Source: Halobellus litoreus
GTDB lineage: Archaea; Halobacteriota; Halobacteria; Halobacteriales; Haloferacaceae
Direction of reading: 5' to 3'
DNA length: 40,000 nucleotides
Assembly (NCBI RefSeq): GCF_024464595.1
Contig: NZ_JANHAW010000001.1
Coordinates: 845,083 to 885,082 of the forward strand
Translations under genes and position numbers: made by a program
Shown here: one piece after another, positions 26,327 through 35,274 of the stretch
Layout: each line of letters starts with the position of its first letter
Position numbering within the stretch: position 1 is the first letter of the stretch
The notes under the pieces: model-generated
Seen by the model: the letters and a program-made list of their open reading frames with translations, nothing else
Told to the model about the DNA's origin: nothing
Databases searched by the model: none

Positions 26327-27982
26327 ATGGCGACGAACACCGACACGGGTGAGATCGAGGGGTTCGGACAGGTCAGCCGGACCGTCGGCACCGTCTTCCG
26401 CTACCTGCTGCTGGCGGCGACGATGTTCGGCATCGTGATGCTGGCCGTCCTGCTGCTCTACGTCGCGAACGACGCGATCCGTCCGTTGACCGCGGATCCC
26501 GGCTGGTACCTCGCGTTCTTCCTCGCGCTCGTCGCACCGACGGCCCTCGTGGGCTGGACCGTCCGCCGACGCGACCGCGACGCGTTCACGTTCGGGGCGA
26601 TGCTCGTGGGGCTGCTCGTCGTCTCGCTGATGTTCAGCGGCGGCGTGGCGCTCCTGGTGATCGACGTCGTCCCGCCGCTGGTCGCGCTGTCGTTCGCGAT
26701 CGGCCTCGTCGTGCCCCTCGCCGCGGCGGTCGGCCTCACCCGCTACGCCCACCGGGTTTCGTTCACGGCTCGGCTCGCGGCGACGACGGCGGTCTTCTAC
26801 CTCTCGCTGTTCGGCCTCCCCGGGCCGATCGGCGACGCGGTCGGCGCGCCGCGGATCGTCCCCAGCCTCGTCGACGTGATCCAGTCGATCCCCGTGATTC
26901 CGGTCGACTGGATGATGATCGCGGCCGTCGTCGGCGGCGCGGCGGCGGCGTCGACCGGCGCGTACGTCGCCGGCGTTCGCGACGCGTCGGCGGGTCTGTA
27001 CGCGGCCGGCGCGGCTCTGGCGGCCGTCGTCGTCGCCGGCGTCGCCGGGCCGTTCGTCGGCCTCGGCTCGGTTCCGGCAGTCGTCGTCACGGCCGTCGCG
27101 TTCGTCCCGACGGGCGCGTACGCCTGGCGCGGGGCGTTCACCGAGGAGGGCACTCCGGCCGGCCTGGCCTTCGCCGCGACGGTCGTCGGCGGCGCGCTAC
27201 TCGGTGCGTTCGCGGTCGACGCGCTCGGGTTCGCCGGCCCGCAGTCGTGGGTCGACTGGGGGTTCCTGACGAGCGCCCACAGCGGGACCGCCGAGAGCGC
27301 CGGGCTGTACCCCGCGATCGGTGGCTCGATCCTCCTGATGTCGACGGTGGCGGCGCTCTCGTTCCCGGTGGGCGTCGGCGCGGCGGTCTATCTCGAAGAG
27401 TACGCCGCCGACAACGCCCTCACGCGGTTCGTCGACGTCAACATCTCGAACCTCGCCGGCGTCCCCTCGGTGGTGTACGGGCTGCTCGGCCTCGGCGTGT
27501 TCGTGACGTACCTCGGCCGCTCCGCCGGGACGGTCCTCGTCGGGGGCGCGACGCTGGCGCTTCTGATCCTCCCGATCGTCATCATCTCCGCGCGAGAGGC
27601 GATCCGCTCGGTGCCCTCGGACATGCGGCAGGCCTCCTACGGGATGGGCGCGACGCGCTGGCAGACGGTGAAGAACGTCGTCCTTCCGGAGGCGTTCCCC
27701 GGCATCCTGACCGGGACGATCCTCGCGCTCGGGCGGGCGATCGGCGAGACCGCGCCGCTCATCATGATCGGCGCGCCGAACGTCGTGTTCAGTCTCCCGG
27801 ACGCGCTCGGCGCGAAGGTCAGCGCGATGCCGCTGCAGGTGTACGCGTGGTCCAGCCTCTTCGCCAGTGAGGACTTCTACACGAAGGCGGTCCCCGCCGG
27901 TGTCGTCGTGCTCCTCGCCGTCCTCCTGGCGATGAACTCGGTCGCGATCGTACTGCGGAACAAATTCGAGCGAACACAGTGA
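26327..27982 (+). CDS. pstA: phosphate ABC transporter permease PstA with a long N-terminal multi-TM extension
   Basis: 551 aa. The C-terminal half carries the PstA core ([25 protein letters not shown]). The N-terminal roughly 270 aa are extra hydrophobic helices. Confidence 0.9.
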   Translation: MATNTDTGEIEGFGQVSRTVGTVFRYLLLAATMFGIVMLAVLLLYVANDAIRPLTADPGWYLAFFLALVAPTALVGWTVRRRDRDAFTFGAMLVGLLVVSLMFSGGVALLVIDVVPPLVALSFAIGLVVPLAAAVGLTRYAHRVSFTARLAATTAVFYLSLFGLPGPIGDAVGAPRIVPSLVDVIQSIPVIPVDWMMIAAVVGGAAAASTGAYVAGVRDASAGLYAAGAALAAVVVAGVAGPFVGLGSVPAVVVTAVAFVPTGAYAWRGAFTEEGTPAGLAFAATVVGGALLGAFAVDALGFAGPQSWVDWGFLTSAHSGTAESAGLYPAIGGSILLMSTVAALSFPVGVGAAVYLEEYAADNALTRFVDVNISNLAGVPSVVYGLLGLGVFVTYLGRSAGTVLVGGATLALLILPIVIISAREAIRSVPSDMRQASYGMGATRWQTVKNVVLPEAFPGILTGTILALGRAIGETAPLIMIGAPNVVFSLPDALGAKVSAMPLQVYAWSSLFASEDFYTKAVPAGVVVLLAVLLAMNSVAIVLRNKFERTQ

Positions 27983-28887
27983 GTCAGAACCCAATGAGCC
28001 AGAATTCAACGAGCAAACGGGAGCGGAACGAACCGGTGGAACGAGACGACTCGGCGGATCCGACCGCCGACGGGATGAACATCCAGACGGACGTCAGCGA
28101 GAGCGTCGGCGCTTCCGCCGGCGGGTCGCGGACGCGCGACACAGTCGTCCGCGCGGAGCACATCGACGTCTGGTACGACGACGACCAGGCGCTCTCGGAC
28201 ATCACGATGGACATCCCCGAACGAAGCGTCACCGCGATGGTCGGCCCCTCGGGGTGCGGGAAGTCGACTTTCCTCCGCTGTATCAACCGGATGAACGACC
28301 TCATCGACAGCGCCCGCGTCGAGGGCGACCTCTACCTCCGCGGGAAGAACGTCTACGACGACGACGTCGACCCCGTGGCGCTGCGCCGCCGCGTCGGGAT
28401 GGTGTTCCAGAAGCCGAACCCGTTCCCGAAGAGCATCCGCGACAACGTCACGTACGGGTTGAAGATCCAGGACAAAGCGGGGGATTACGACGAGATCGTC
28501 GAGGAGTCGCTGAAGCGCGCCGCGCTCTGGGACGAGGTGAAAGACCAACTCGACGAGTCGGGACTGGAACTCTCCGGCGGCCAACAGCAGCGACTCTGCA
28601 TCGCCCGCGCCATCGCGCCCGACCCGGAGGTCCTCCTGATGGACGAACCCGCCTCGGCGCTCGACCCGGTCGCGACCTCGCAGATCGAGGACCTCATCGA
28701 GGAACTCGCGGAGGACTACACGGTCGTCATCGTCACGCACAATATGCAGCAGGCCGCCCGCATCTCCGATCAGACCGCGGTCTTCCTGACCGGCGGCGAA
28801 CTCGTCGAGTTCGACGACACCCAGAAGATCTTCGAGAACCCCGAGAGCCAGCGGGTCGAAGACTACATCACCGGGAAGTTCGGGTAA
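27979..28887 (+). CDS. pstB: phosphate ABC transporter ATP-binding protein
   Basis: Walker A (GPSGCGKST), signature (LSGGQQQR) and Walker B (LLMDEP). The start is either GTG 27979 (overlapping the pstA stop) or ATG 27994. Confidence 0.9.
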   Translation: MSQNPMSQNSTSKRERNEPVERDDSADPTADGMNIQTDVSESVGASAGGSRTRDTVVRAEHIDVWYDDDQALSDITMDIPERSVTAMVGPSGCGKSTFLRCINRMNDLIDSARVEGDLYLRGKNVYDDDVDPVALRRRVGMVFQKPNPFPKSIRDNVTYGLKIQDKAGDYDEIVEESLKRAALWDEVKDQLDESGLELSGGQQQRLCIARAIAPDPEVLLMDEPASALDPVATSQIEDLIEELAEDYTVVIVTHNMQQAARISDQTAVFLTGGELVEFDDTQKIFENPESQRVEDYITGKFG

Positions 28888-28893
28888 CACACT

Positions 28894-29571
28894 ATGCCAA
28901 GACAAGAATACCAGGAGTCCCTCTCGAACCTCCGCGACGACGTCCTCTACATGAGCGAACTCGTCGCCGAACGGCTTCGATTGGGGCTCGACGCGCTCGA
29001 ACAGAAGGACCGCGACATCGCGCGAGAGGTCGTCGGCGGCGACGACGAGATCAACCAGATGTACCTCGACCTGGAGGGCGAGTGCGTCGATCTGATCGCG
29101 CTCCAGCAACCCGTCGCCTCCGACCTCCGCTTCATCGCGGCGTCGTTCAAGATCATCACCGACCTCGAACGGATCGGCGACCTCGCGGTCAACCTCGCGC
29201 AGTACGCGATGGACGCCGACCGCGACGTCTTCCCCGAGGTCGACGTGCAGCAGATCGGCGTCGAGACGCTGGATATGCTCGAATCCGCGATGGCCGCCTA
29301 CGCGAACGAGGAGCCCGAGGCCTGCTACGCCGTCGCCGAGCGCGACGACGACCTCGACGCGATGTGCGAGGCCGCCAGTTCGACCGTCGTCCGGGACCTC
29401 ATCGAACACGACCCGTTCGGCGAGGACGACGCCGACGCGGAGTCGTACCTGCAGGACATCTCGCGGCTCTTGCTCACGGTTCGGGACCTCGAACGCGTCG
29501 GCGACCACGCGGTCAACATCGCCGCACGCGCGTTGTATATGATCGAGGACGACGCCGAACTGCTGTACTGA
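28894..29571 (+). CDS. phoU: phosphate transport system regulator PhoU
   Basis: 225 aa with two PhoU repeats, each carrying the LERIGD/LERVGD motif. Confidence 0.9.
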   Translation: MPRQEYQESLSNLRDDVLYMSELVAERLRLGLDALEQKDRDIAREVVGGDDEINQMYLDLEGECVDLIALQQPVASDLRFIAASFKIITDLERIGDLAVNLAQYAMDADRDVFPEVDVQQIGVETLDMLESAMAAYANEEPEACYAVAERDDDLDAMCEAASSTVVRDLIEHDPFGEDDADAESYLQDISRLLLTVRDLERVGDHAVNIAARALYMIEDDAELLY

Positions 29572-29666
29572 GCAATCAGAGCAATTCGACGGGCAGAGCT
29601 TGAATGAACTCGGTGATCGATAGACGTCCGAACTGACCGCTAACGGGCGCTTCCGTACTGGTGCGG

Positions 29667-29894
29667 TTACTCAGAGGCTTTCATCCGCAATCCAACGGAA
29701 CGATACGCGCGATACAGACGAAGTATCCAGATCCACGCGATACCAGACAGAATCAAGAGGATCGTTATTTGTCCGAGGGATTCGGTAACTGTGTTGGTTA
29801 GTAACTGAGCGATGAGGATCGCCGGATACAGGGCGAGAAACAGCGCGAGAACCAACCCAACCCCCTTCAGATACGTGAACAGGTTTTGATCCAC
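29667..29894 (-). CDS. possible 75-aa two-TM mini-protein in a low-G+C patch (start uncertain: GTG 29894 or TTG 29921)
   Basis: The 3' part of ORF 29667-30470 lies beyond the KaiC-like stop. It encodes (V/M)DQNLFTYLKGVGLVLALFLALYPAILIAQLL...ITILLILSGIAWIWILRLYRAY, which is two hydrophobic helices. Many codons end in A/T (tta, cta, aca, gtt, gaa, caa, ata, att, tct, ggt), unlike the neighbouring genes. Confidence 0.3.
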   Translation of the reverse strand: MDQNLFTYLKGVGLVLALFLALYPAILIAQLLTNTVTESLGQITILLILSGIAWIWILRLYRAYRSVGLRMKASE

Positions 29895-29992
29895 TTTTTT
29901 GGATAACTCAAGATCGGTCAAGTATCTTCGGTTGGTAACGACGTCTTCTGTACTGATCGCGTCGTCACAGACAAGAATTACGACACGCCCCG

Positions 29993-31438
29993 TCAGAAGA
30001 TATTCGCCTGTCGGTAGACGCTGATGCCCGACTCGGTGAGTTCGTAGGGCTTCGTCGCCCGCGAGTGGTTCGCGTCCCGGATCTTCTGGATCTCGATAGC
30101 GAGGCGCGTCTCCCGGAAGTCGCTCCCCCTGACGTACTGCAGAACGAACACGGCGTCGGCGAGGTACTCGACGATCCCGAACCGCGAGGTGTAGGGGTTG
30201 TCCTCGCTCGCCTCCGAGGTCAGGAGCGTCGTGATGCCGGCGTTCTTCAACGCGCGCGTGAACCCGAACACCTGGCTGCGGCGCTTCGGCGCGCTCTCGT
30301 ACATCATCTCCAGAAGCGAGACGGAGTCGAGCACCAACCGGTCGGCGCCGAACTCCTCGATCAGGTCCGGCAGGTCGTTCTGGATGCTGTCGAGGCTGTT
30401 GGCCATCTCGATGGGGTCGATGTCGACGACGGCGAGTCGGTCCTCGTCGACGTAGTTCTCGAAGTCCCACCCCTTTTCGGCAGCGGTGTCGAGGATCCGG
30501 TCGTGGCTCTCCTCCAGCGTGATGTAGACCGCCGATTCGCCGTTTTCGAGGCCGTGATTCAGGAACTGGAGGCCGAACGTGGTCTTCCCCGTCCCGGCCG
30601 AGCCGACCGCGACCATCAGTGACCGGCGCGGCACGCCACCGAGAATCATATCGTCCAGCCCCCCGATCCCGACGTCGAGCCGTTCGAGATCGGAGTCGAA
30701 CGCCGCCTCGTCGAACTCCTCCTCTGCGCCGCCGCCGAACGCGTCGCCCTCGAACTCGCCCCCGCCACCGAAGCCGAACGCGTCGTCGCCGGACTCCCCG
30801 CCGCCGAAGCCGAACGGGTCGTCGGGCGCGGACCCGGCGGACGACGCGCCGTTCGCTCCGTCGCCAGGCCCCGACGGCCCATCGGTGCCCGGGTCCGGAG
30901 CGTTCTCCAGCGCCGTGGCGAAATCCTGGTCGAACGGATTCTCGTCCTCGGAACCCGAGGCTGGCTCCGATTCGGTCGTCTCGTCGGAACCGAACGCGGT
31001 GTCGGCCGCGTCTGCGCCGATGTCGGGCGTCGATTCGCCGGGGGCTCCCTCGTCGGAATCGCGAGGCGCTTCGTCTGCACCGAGATGCGCTTCGTCGGTG
31101 CCAGGGCGGCCTTCGTCGGTGCCAGGGCGGCCTTCGTCGCTATCGGGCGCTGGTTCGTCGGTGCTGGAGGCGGGATCGACGTTGTCGGCGGCGGGTTCCG
31201 CTGACGACCCGACGTCTCTCGCCGTCTCGACGTCCGCCGGCGTCTCCGCGTCCGGTTCCGACTCTGGATCCGTGGGTGCCGGGTCTCCGTCTCGTTCCTC
31301 GCGCGCCTGCTCGTCGAGCCTCGAATCGTCGGACTCCGACTCCGTCGTCGCCGACTCCTCGTCGGCCGGCGCGTCGGCGTCCTCCCGCAGCGCCTGCTCG
31401 AACCAATCGTCGTCGTCACTCACGGTGGGCCACCCCAC
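29993..31438 (-). CDS. KaiC/RecA-superfamily ATPase (single domain) with a roughly 235-aa acidic disordered N-terminus
   Basis: The C-terminal domain has GIGGLDDMILGGVPRRSLMVAVGSAGTGKTTFGLQF (Walker A) and DRLVLDSVS (Walker B). The N-terminus is rich in D/E/P/G/S/T with FGFGGG motifs. Only GTG starts are available (31438 or 31423). Confidence 0.8.
   Translation of the reverse strand: MGWPTVSDDDDWFEQALREDADAPADEESATTESESDDSRLDEQAREERDGDPAPTDPESEPDAETPADVETARDVGSSAEPAADNVDPASSTDEPAPDSDEGRPGTDEGRPGTDEAHLGADEAPRDSDEGAPGESTPDIGADAADTAFGSDETTESEPASGSEDENPFDQDFATALENAPDPGTDGPSGPGDGANGASSAGSAPDDPFGFGGGESGDDAFGFGGGGEFEGDAFGGGAEEEFDEAAFDSDLERLDVGIGGLDDMILGGVPRRSLMVAVGSAGTGKTTFGLQFLNHGLENGESAVYITLEESHDRILDTAAEKGWDFENYVDEDRLAVVDIDPIEMANSLDSIQNDLPDLIEEFGADRLVLDSVSLLEMMYESAPKRRSQVFGFTRALKNAGITTLLTSEASEDNPYTSRFGIVEYLADAVFVLQYVRGSDFRETRLAIEIQKIRDANHSRATKPYELTESGISVYRQANIF
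31090..31139. repeat. 21-bp tandem repeat (about 2.4 copies) inside the acidic N-terminus of the KaiC-like gene
   Basis: The unit cttcgtcggtgccagggcggc occurs at 31090-31110 and 31111-31131, with a partial copy at 31132-31139. It encodes DEGRPGT DEGRPGT DE on the minus strand. Confidence 0.9.
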
Positions 31439-31659
31439 GCGACGGTGGCGCTGTACTCGACATCCGACTCGGGCGCTCTGCGCCCTGGCGGCTCCCTTCC
31501 ATCGCCGTCGTTTCCACCTCGGCCGGGGTGGCTATCAATGTTGCCCGTCGGCCGCGTCGTCGAGGCCCTCTTGGGATCGAGGTCGAGCGCCGACACGTTC
31601 CGCGTCGACGACACGTGACGGAGCCCTTTTTTGACGTCGCGTCGAACCCTGCGACGGAG

Positions 31660-32484
31660 ATGAAGGTGGCCATCGTCGCGCAGTGGGGAAACGACCGAAC
31701 GACCCGCCTGGCGGGCGAGATCCGGCAGCGACTCGCTTCGGAGGGCGTCACGGTGTGGGTCGACGCGGCGACGGCCGCCGAACTGGACGTTGCGGGACGC
31801 GAAATCGACGAGTTCGACGCGGCCGACCTCGTGGTGAGCATCGGCGGCGACGGGACGTTCCTCTTCGCCGCCCACGGCGCGGGAACCACGCCGATCCTCG
31901 GGGTCAACCTCGGTGAAGTCGGCTTTCTCAACGCGGTCTCCCCAGACGACGCCGTCGACGCGGTCCTGACGGAGGTCCGACGCTTCCGGGCCGACGGGGA
32001 ACTCCCAACGCGGTCGATGCCCCGACTCGCGGCGAGCGGCGAAGGGTGGACGTTACCGCCCGCCGTCAACGAGATCGTCGTGCAGGGGCCGCGCCGCGGC
32101 CACGGCGGCGGCGCGTCGGTCGAGGTGTCGATCGACGGCTCCCGGTACGCCGACTGCCACGCCGACGGCGTGCTCGTCTCGACGCCGACGGGCAGCACCG
32201 CGTACAACCTCAGCGAGGACGGGCCGCTGATTCATCCGGGCGTCTCGGGCATCGTCGTCACCGGGATGGCCGCCGCGGGCGGGAGGCCGCCGCTCGTCGT
32301 CGACCGCGACGCGACCGTCACGGTCACGGTCTCGGACGCCGAGGACGCGGTCGTCGTCGTCGACGGCCGGATCCGCGAACGGGTCGAGACCCCCGCGGCG
32401 GTCACCGTCGAGACGGCAGATCGACCGGTTCGGATGGCCGGGCCGACCGCCGACTTCTTCGAGGCGCTCGGAAAGCTAGAGTGA
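31660..32484 (+). CDS. nadK: NAD(+) kinase
   Basis: ATG at 31660 gives MKVAIVAQ... It has the GGDGT motif (VVSIGGDGTFLFAA) and the TPTGSTAYNLS motif. A T-rich box (cttttttga) lies about 30 nt upstream. Confidence 0.85.
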   Translation: MKVAIVAQWGNDRTTRLAGEIRQRLASEGVTVWVDAATAAELDVAGREIDEFDAADLVVSIGGDGTFLFAAHGAGTTPILGVNLGEVGFLNAVSPDDAVDAVLTEVRRFRADGELPTRSMPRLAASGEGWTLPPAVNEIVVQGPRRGHGGGASVEVSIDGSRYADCHADGVLVSTPTGSTAYNLSEDGPLIHPGVSGIVVTGMAAAGGRPPLVVDRDATVTVTVSDAEDAVVVVDGRIRERVETPAAVTVETADRPVRMAGPTADFFEALGKLE

Positions 32485-32630
32485 CGTGAGAGTCCGACGG
32501 CCGCTGGACGGACTGGCAACTACTTGTACGGATTTCACAATACGCGTCCGAGACTGGACGTGGAACGGTGACGATCCAGCAGCCGACCGGATAGCAATCC
32601 ACATTAACCCCGAAGCCGAATCGCTCGAAT

Positions 32631-33875
32631 ATGACTCAGTCGTACGTGATCATCGGCGACGGTGTCGCCGGCAGTTCCGCCGCCGAGACCCTCCGCGAGG
32701 AGGAGCCCGACGCCGATATTACCGTCATCACGGACGAGGGTGAGGCCCTCTACAATCGGATCCTGATCAAGGAGTTCGCCAAGGGGAAGCTCCCGGAGGC
32801 GCCGATCTCGATCCACGACGAATCGTGGTACCAGGAGAGAGAGATCGATCTCGAACTCAACACGCTCGTGGTCGACATCGACGTCGACGAGCACACGATC
32901 GAGACGCACGAGGGCGACGTGGTCTCGTGGGACAAACTGCTCCTCGCGATGGGTGGCACGCCGACACAGCTCCCGGTCGATAACTCCGACGCTGAGGGAG
33001 TCCACCACTTCTGGACGTTCCAGGACGCGCGCGCGATCAAGTCCCATATCGAGGAGGCGGACAGCTCCGTCGTCGTCGGCGCGGGCCTGCTCGGCATCGA
33101 CCTCGCCGCCATCACGGCGGCACAGGACGTCGAGGGCAAATACCTGATGCGCGGCGACTGCTGGTGGCGCTACGCGCTCTCCGAGGAGGGCGCGGAGATC
33201 ATCCACGAGGCCCTGCGCGAACGCGACGTCGAGCCGGTGTTCCAGTCCGGCGTCGACCACTTCGAGACCGACGGCGACGGCCGCGTGACGACCGCCGTCG
33301 ACCCCAACGGCGACGAGTACGACGCCGACTTCGTCGGCATCGCGATCGGGCTGAACTTCAACACCGAAATCCTGCAGGACACGCCGATCGAGACCGACAC
33401 CGGGATCGTCGTCGACGAGTACATGCGGACGAACCACGAGGACGTCTTCGCCGCGGGCGACATCACGGAGTTCGAGGACCTCATCCTCGGCGAGCGCGCG
33501 CAGAACGGCGCGTGGGGATCGGCCAAGGAGCAGGGGTCGATCGCGGCGCAGAACATGGTCGACTACGGCTCCGAGCCGTTCGAGTGGGTCTCCTCGTACT
33601 CGATCACGCACTTCGACTTCCCGTTCCTCTCCTTCGGCCATCCGACGCTCGGCGACGACGAGGCCGAGGCAAAGTACTCCGACACCGAGTGGCGGCGGCT
33701 GGCGTTTAAAGACGGCCGCATCGTCGGCGGCGTCCTCATCGGCGACCTCTCCCCGCAGACGAAGTTCAAGCAGCTGATGCGCGAACAGCGCGTCGTCGCC
33801 GATCAGAAGGACGTCCTGATGCAGGAGACCTTCGAACTCGACGAACTCGACCTCGAAGAGACGCCGGCGGAGTGA
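32631..33875 (+). CDS. FAD-dependent pyridine nucleotide-disulfide oxidoreductase family protein
   Basis: It has an N-terminal FAD-binding fold (YVIIGDGVAGSSAAE), a second dinucleotide fold (VVVGAGLLGIDLA) and a FAAGD motif. Confidence 0.8.
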   Translation: MTQSYVIIGDGVAGSSAAETLREEEPDADITVITDEGEALYNRILIKEFAKGKLPEAPISIHDESWYQEREIDLELNTLVVDIDVDEHTIETHEGDVVSWDKLLLAMGGTPTQLPVDNSDAEGVHHFWTFQDARAIKSHIEEADSSVVVGAGLLGIDLAAITAAQDVEGKYLMRGDCWWRYALSEEGAEIIHEALRERDVEPVFQSGVDHFETDGDGRVTTAVDPNGDEYDADFVGIAIGLNFNTEILQDTPIETDTGIVVDEYMRTNHEDVFAAGDITEFEDLILGERAQNGAWGSAKEQGSIAAQNMVDYGSEPFEWVSSYSITHFDFPFLSFGHPTLGDDEAEAKYSDTEWRRLAFKDGRIVGGVLIGDLSPQTKFKQLMREQRVVADQKDVLMQETFELDELDLEETPAE

Positions 33876-34112
33876 GACGGACGCCGTTCGCCGGGTGACC
33901 GCGGGTTTCTTTCTCCCCCCTTCACTGAGACCTCGACGGGACAGCGATTGTGGCGCCTGTGCGTCGGTCCGACAGCGCTCGGCACGGATAACACCCTGTG
34001 CCGAAGTGACACTATGACATCGGGAGATCCGCCGACGGGCGAGTGAGCGTTCGAAGCGGGTGAGAACCGGCAAAGATTGGTTATGCGATGGCCGCGAATC
34101 GGTCCTTGATAG

Positions 34113-34355
34113 ATGGTCAACTACTACGACAAGATTCTCCTCGTCATCCCCGCAGCGATCCTGCTGGGTGCGCTCGCGAGCGTCCACGAGGCGGTAGCGC
34201 TCTACCAAGGGCTCGGCATCGGGAGCCTGGCAGCGACGGCGTTTCTCTTCGACGCGCTGTTTCGGAACCCGCCGACCGAGCCGACGGTATCCCACGCCGG
34301 GGCCGCACTGAGCGTCGGCCTGAGTTGGCTGTGTACGATTTGGTTGGTCCTCTGA
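34113..34355 (+). CDS. small membrane protein (80 aa, 3 predicted TM segments)
   Basis: MVNYYDKILLVIPAAILLGALASV... with high GC3. A TATA-like ggttat sits about 30 nt upstream. Confidence 0.55.
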   Translation: MVNYYDKILLVIPAAILLGALASVHEAVALYQGLGIGSLAATAFLFDALFRNPPTEPTVSHAGAALSVGLSWLCTIWLVL

Positions 34356-34438
34356 GTGCGTCGTCATCGGTTTGCGGCGCCGATTCGGTCCCCCGATTCG
34401 CCCAAATCTTTATGATCTTTCTTGTTGTTTGGTACCGT

Positions 34439-34669
34439 ATGTCAAGATCCGTTCGAACGCGAGGGGATACCAGCGTCGGCCGCGTCGTCGTCGAGTGCGA
34501 TCCGGCCGAGGTCGACTCGGGCGATCGAGTCCGGGACCTCGATCAACTGTCGCCGTCGGAGCGCCGCAGTTTCCTCGACGCGGTCGACGGGACCACGCGG
34601 CTGATCGATGCCCCGGGGCTGGCGGCCGGCGACGTCGTTCGCTTCACCGAATACTACCGCGTCGTGTGA
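34439..34669 (+). CDS. small acidic hypothetical protein (76 aa)
   Basis: ATG at 34439 is preceded by the AT-rich box tctttatgat about 27 nt upstream. GC3 is high and composition is acidic. Confidence 0.5.
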   Translation: MSRSVRTRGDTSVGRVVVECDPAEVDSGDRVRDLDQLSPSERRSFLDAVDGTTRLIDAPGLAAGDVVRFTEYYRVV

Positions 34670-34757
34670 TACGGAGTACTCTCGTTCCTCCCGATCGCGG
34701 GCAGCGGTGCCGTGCGCGACCGATGCAGTTTTCGGCGGGTAGGCGATAGAGTCGGGT

Positions 34758-35198
34758 ATGAGCGACGACCCCTCGTCCCCGAGCGGCCCCGGCGGCGACG
34801 CCGATATGACGCTGGCGTTCGAGTTGGCGGCGCTGCAGGCGCTGGCGGATCCGAACGCGGTCTTCAACGACGCGCGGCAGTGGACCGAATACGTCGGCGT
34901 CGTGAGCGAGAAACCGACCTACGTCGTCACCAACTTCACGCGGAAACACCGGGTCAGACAGGACTTCTTCTCGGGCCCTCGCGGCGTCGAAGAGAGCCTG
35001 AAGAACGTCAAAGCACAGTTCGACACCGATCGACACGTCTTCGTCGGGACGAGCGAGGCGGACGCCGAACTCGCTGCGGCGGCCGACTGGGAGTACCTCC
35101 CGTTGGAGCAGGCGGCCGAGGCCGCAGGGTGGACCCTCGCCGGCGACGCCGAGACGGAGGACCACTTCGAGTCGAGCGGCCGCGACGACTGGCCCTAG
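34758..35198 (+). CDS. acidic hypothetical protein (146 aa)
   Basis: The coding signal is clean, the composition is acidic, and there is no competing ORF. I recognise no motif. Confidence 0.6.
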   Translation: MSDDPSSPSGPGGDADMTLAFELAALQALADPNAVFNDARQWTEYVGVVSEKPTYVVTNFTRKHRVRQDFFSGPRGVEESLKNVKAQFDTDRHVFVGTSEADAELAAAADWEYLPLEQAAEAAGWTLAGDAETEDHFESSGRDDWP

Positions 35199-35274
35199 GA
35201 CGCGGTCCGATTCCCGAAGCGGACGTGTCGCGGTCGGACCGAATAGTTAATTCCGTACGGTGGTTCGATCGGAT

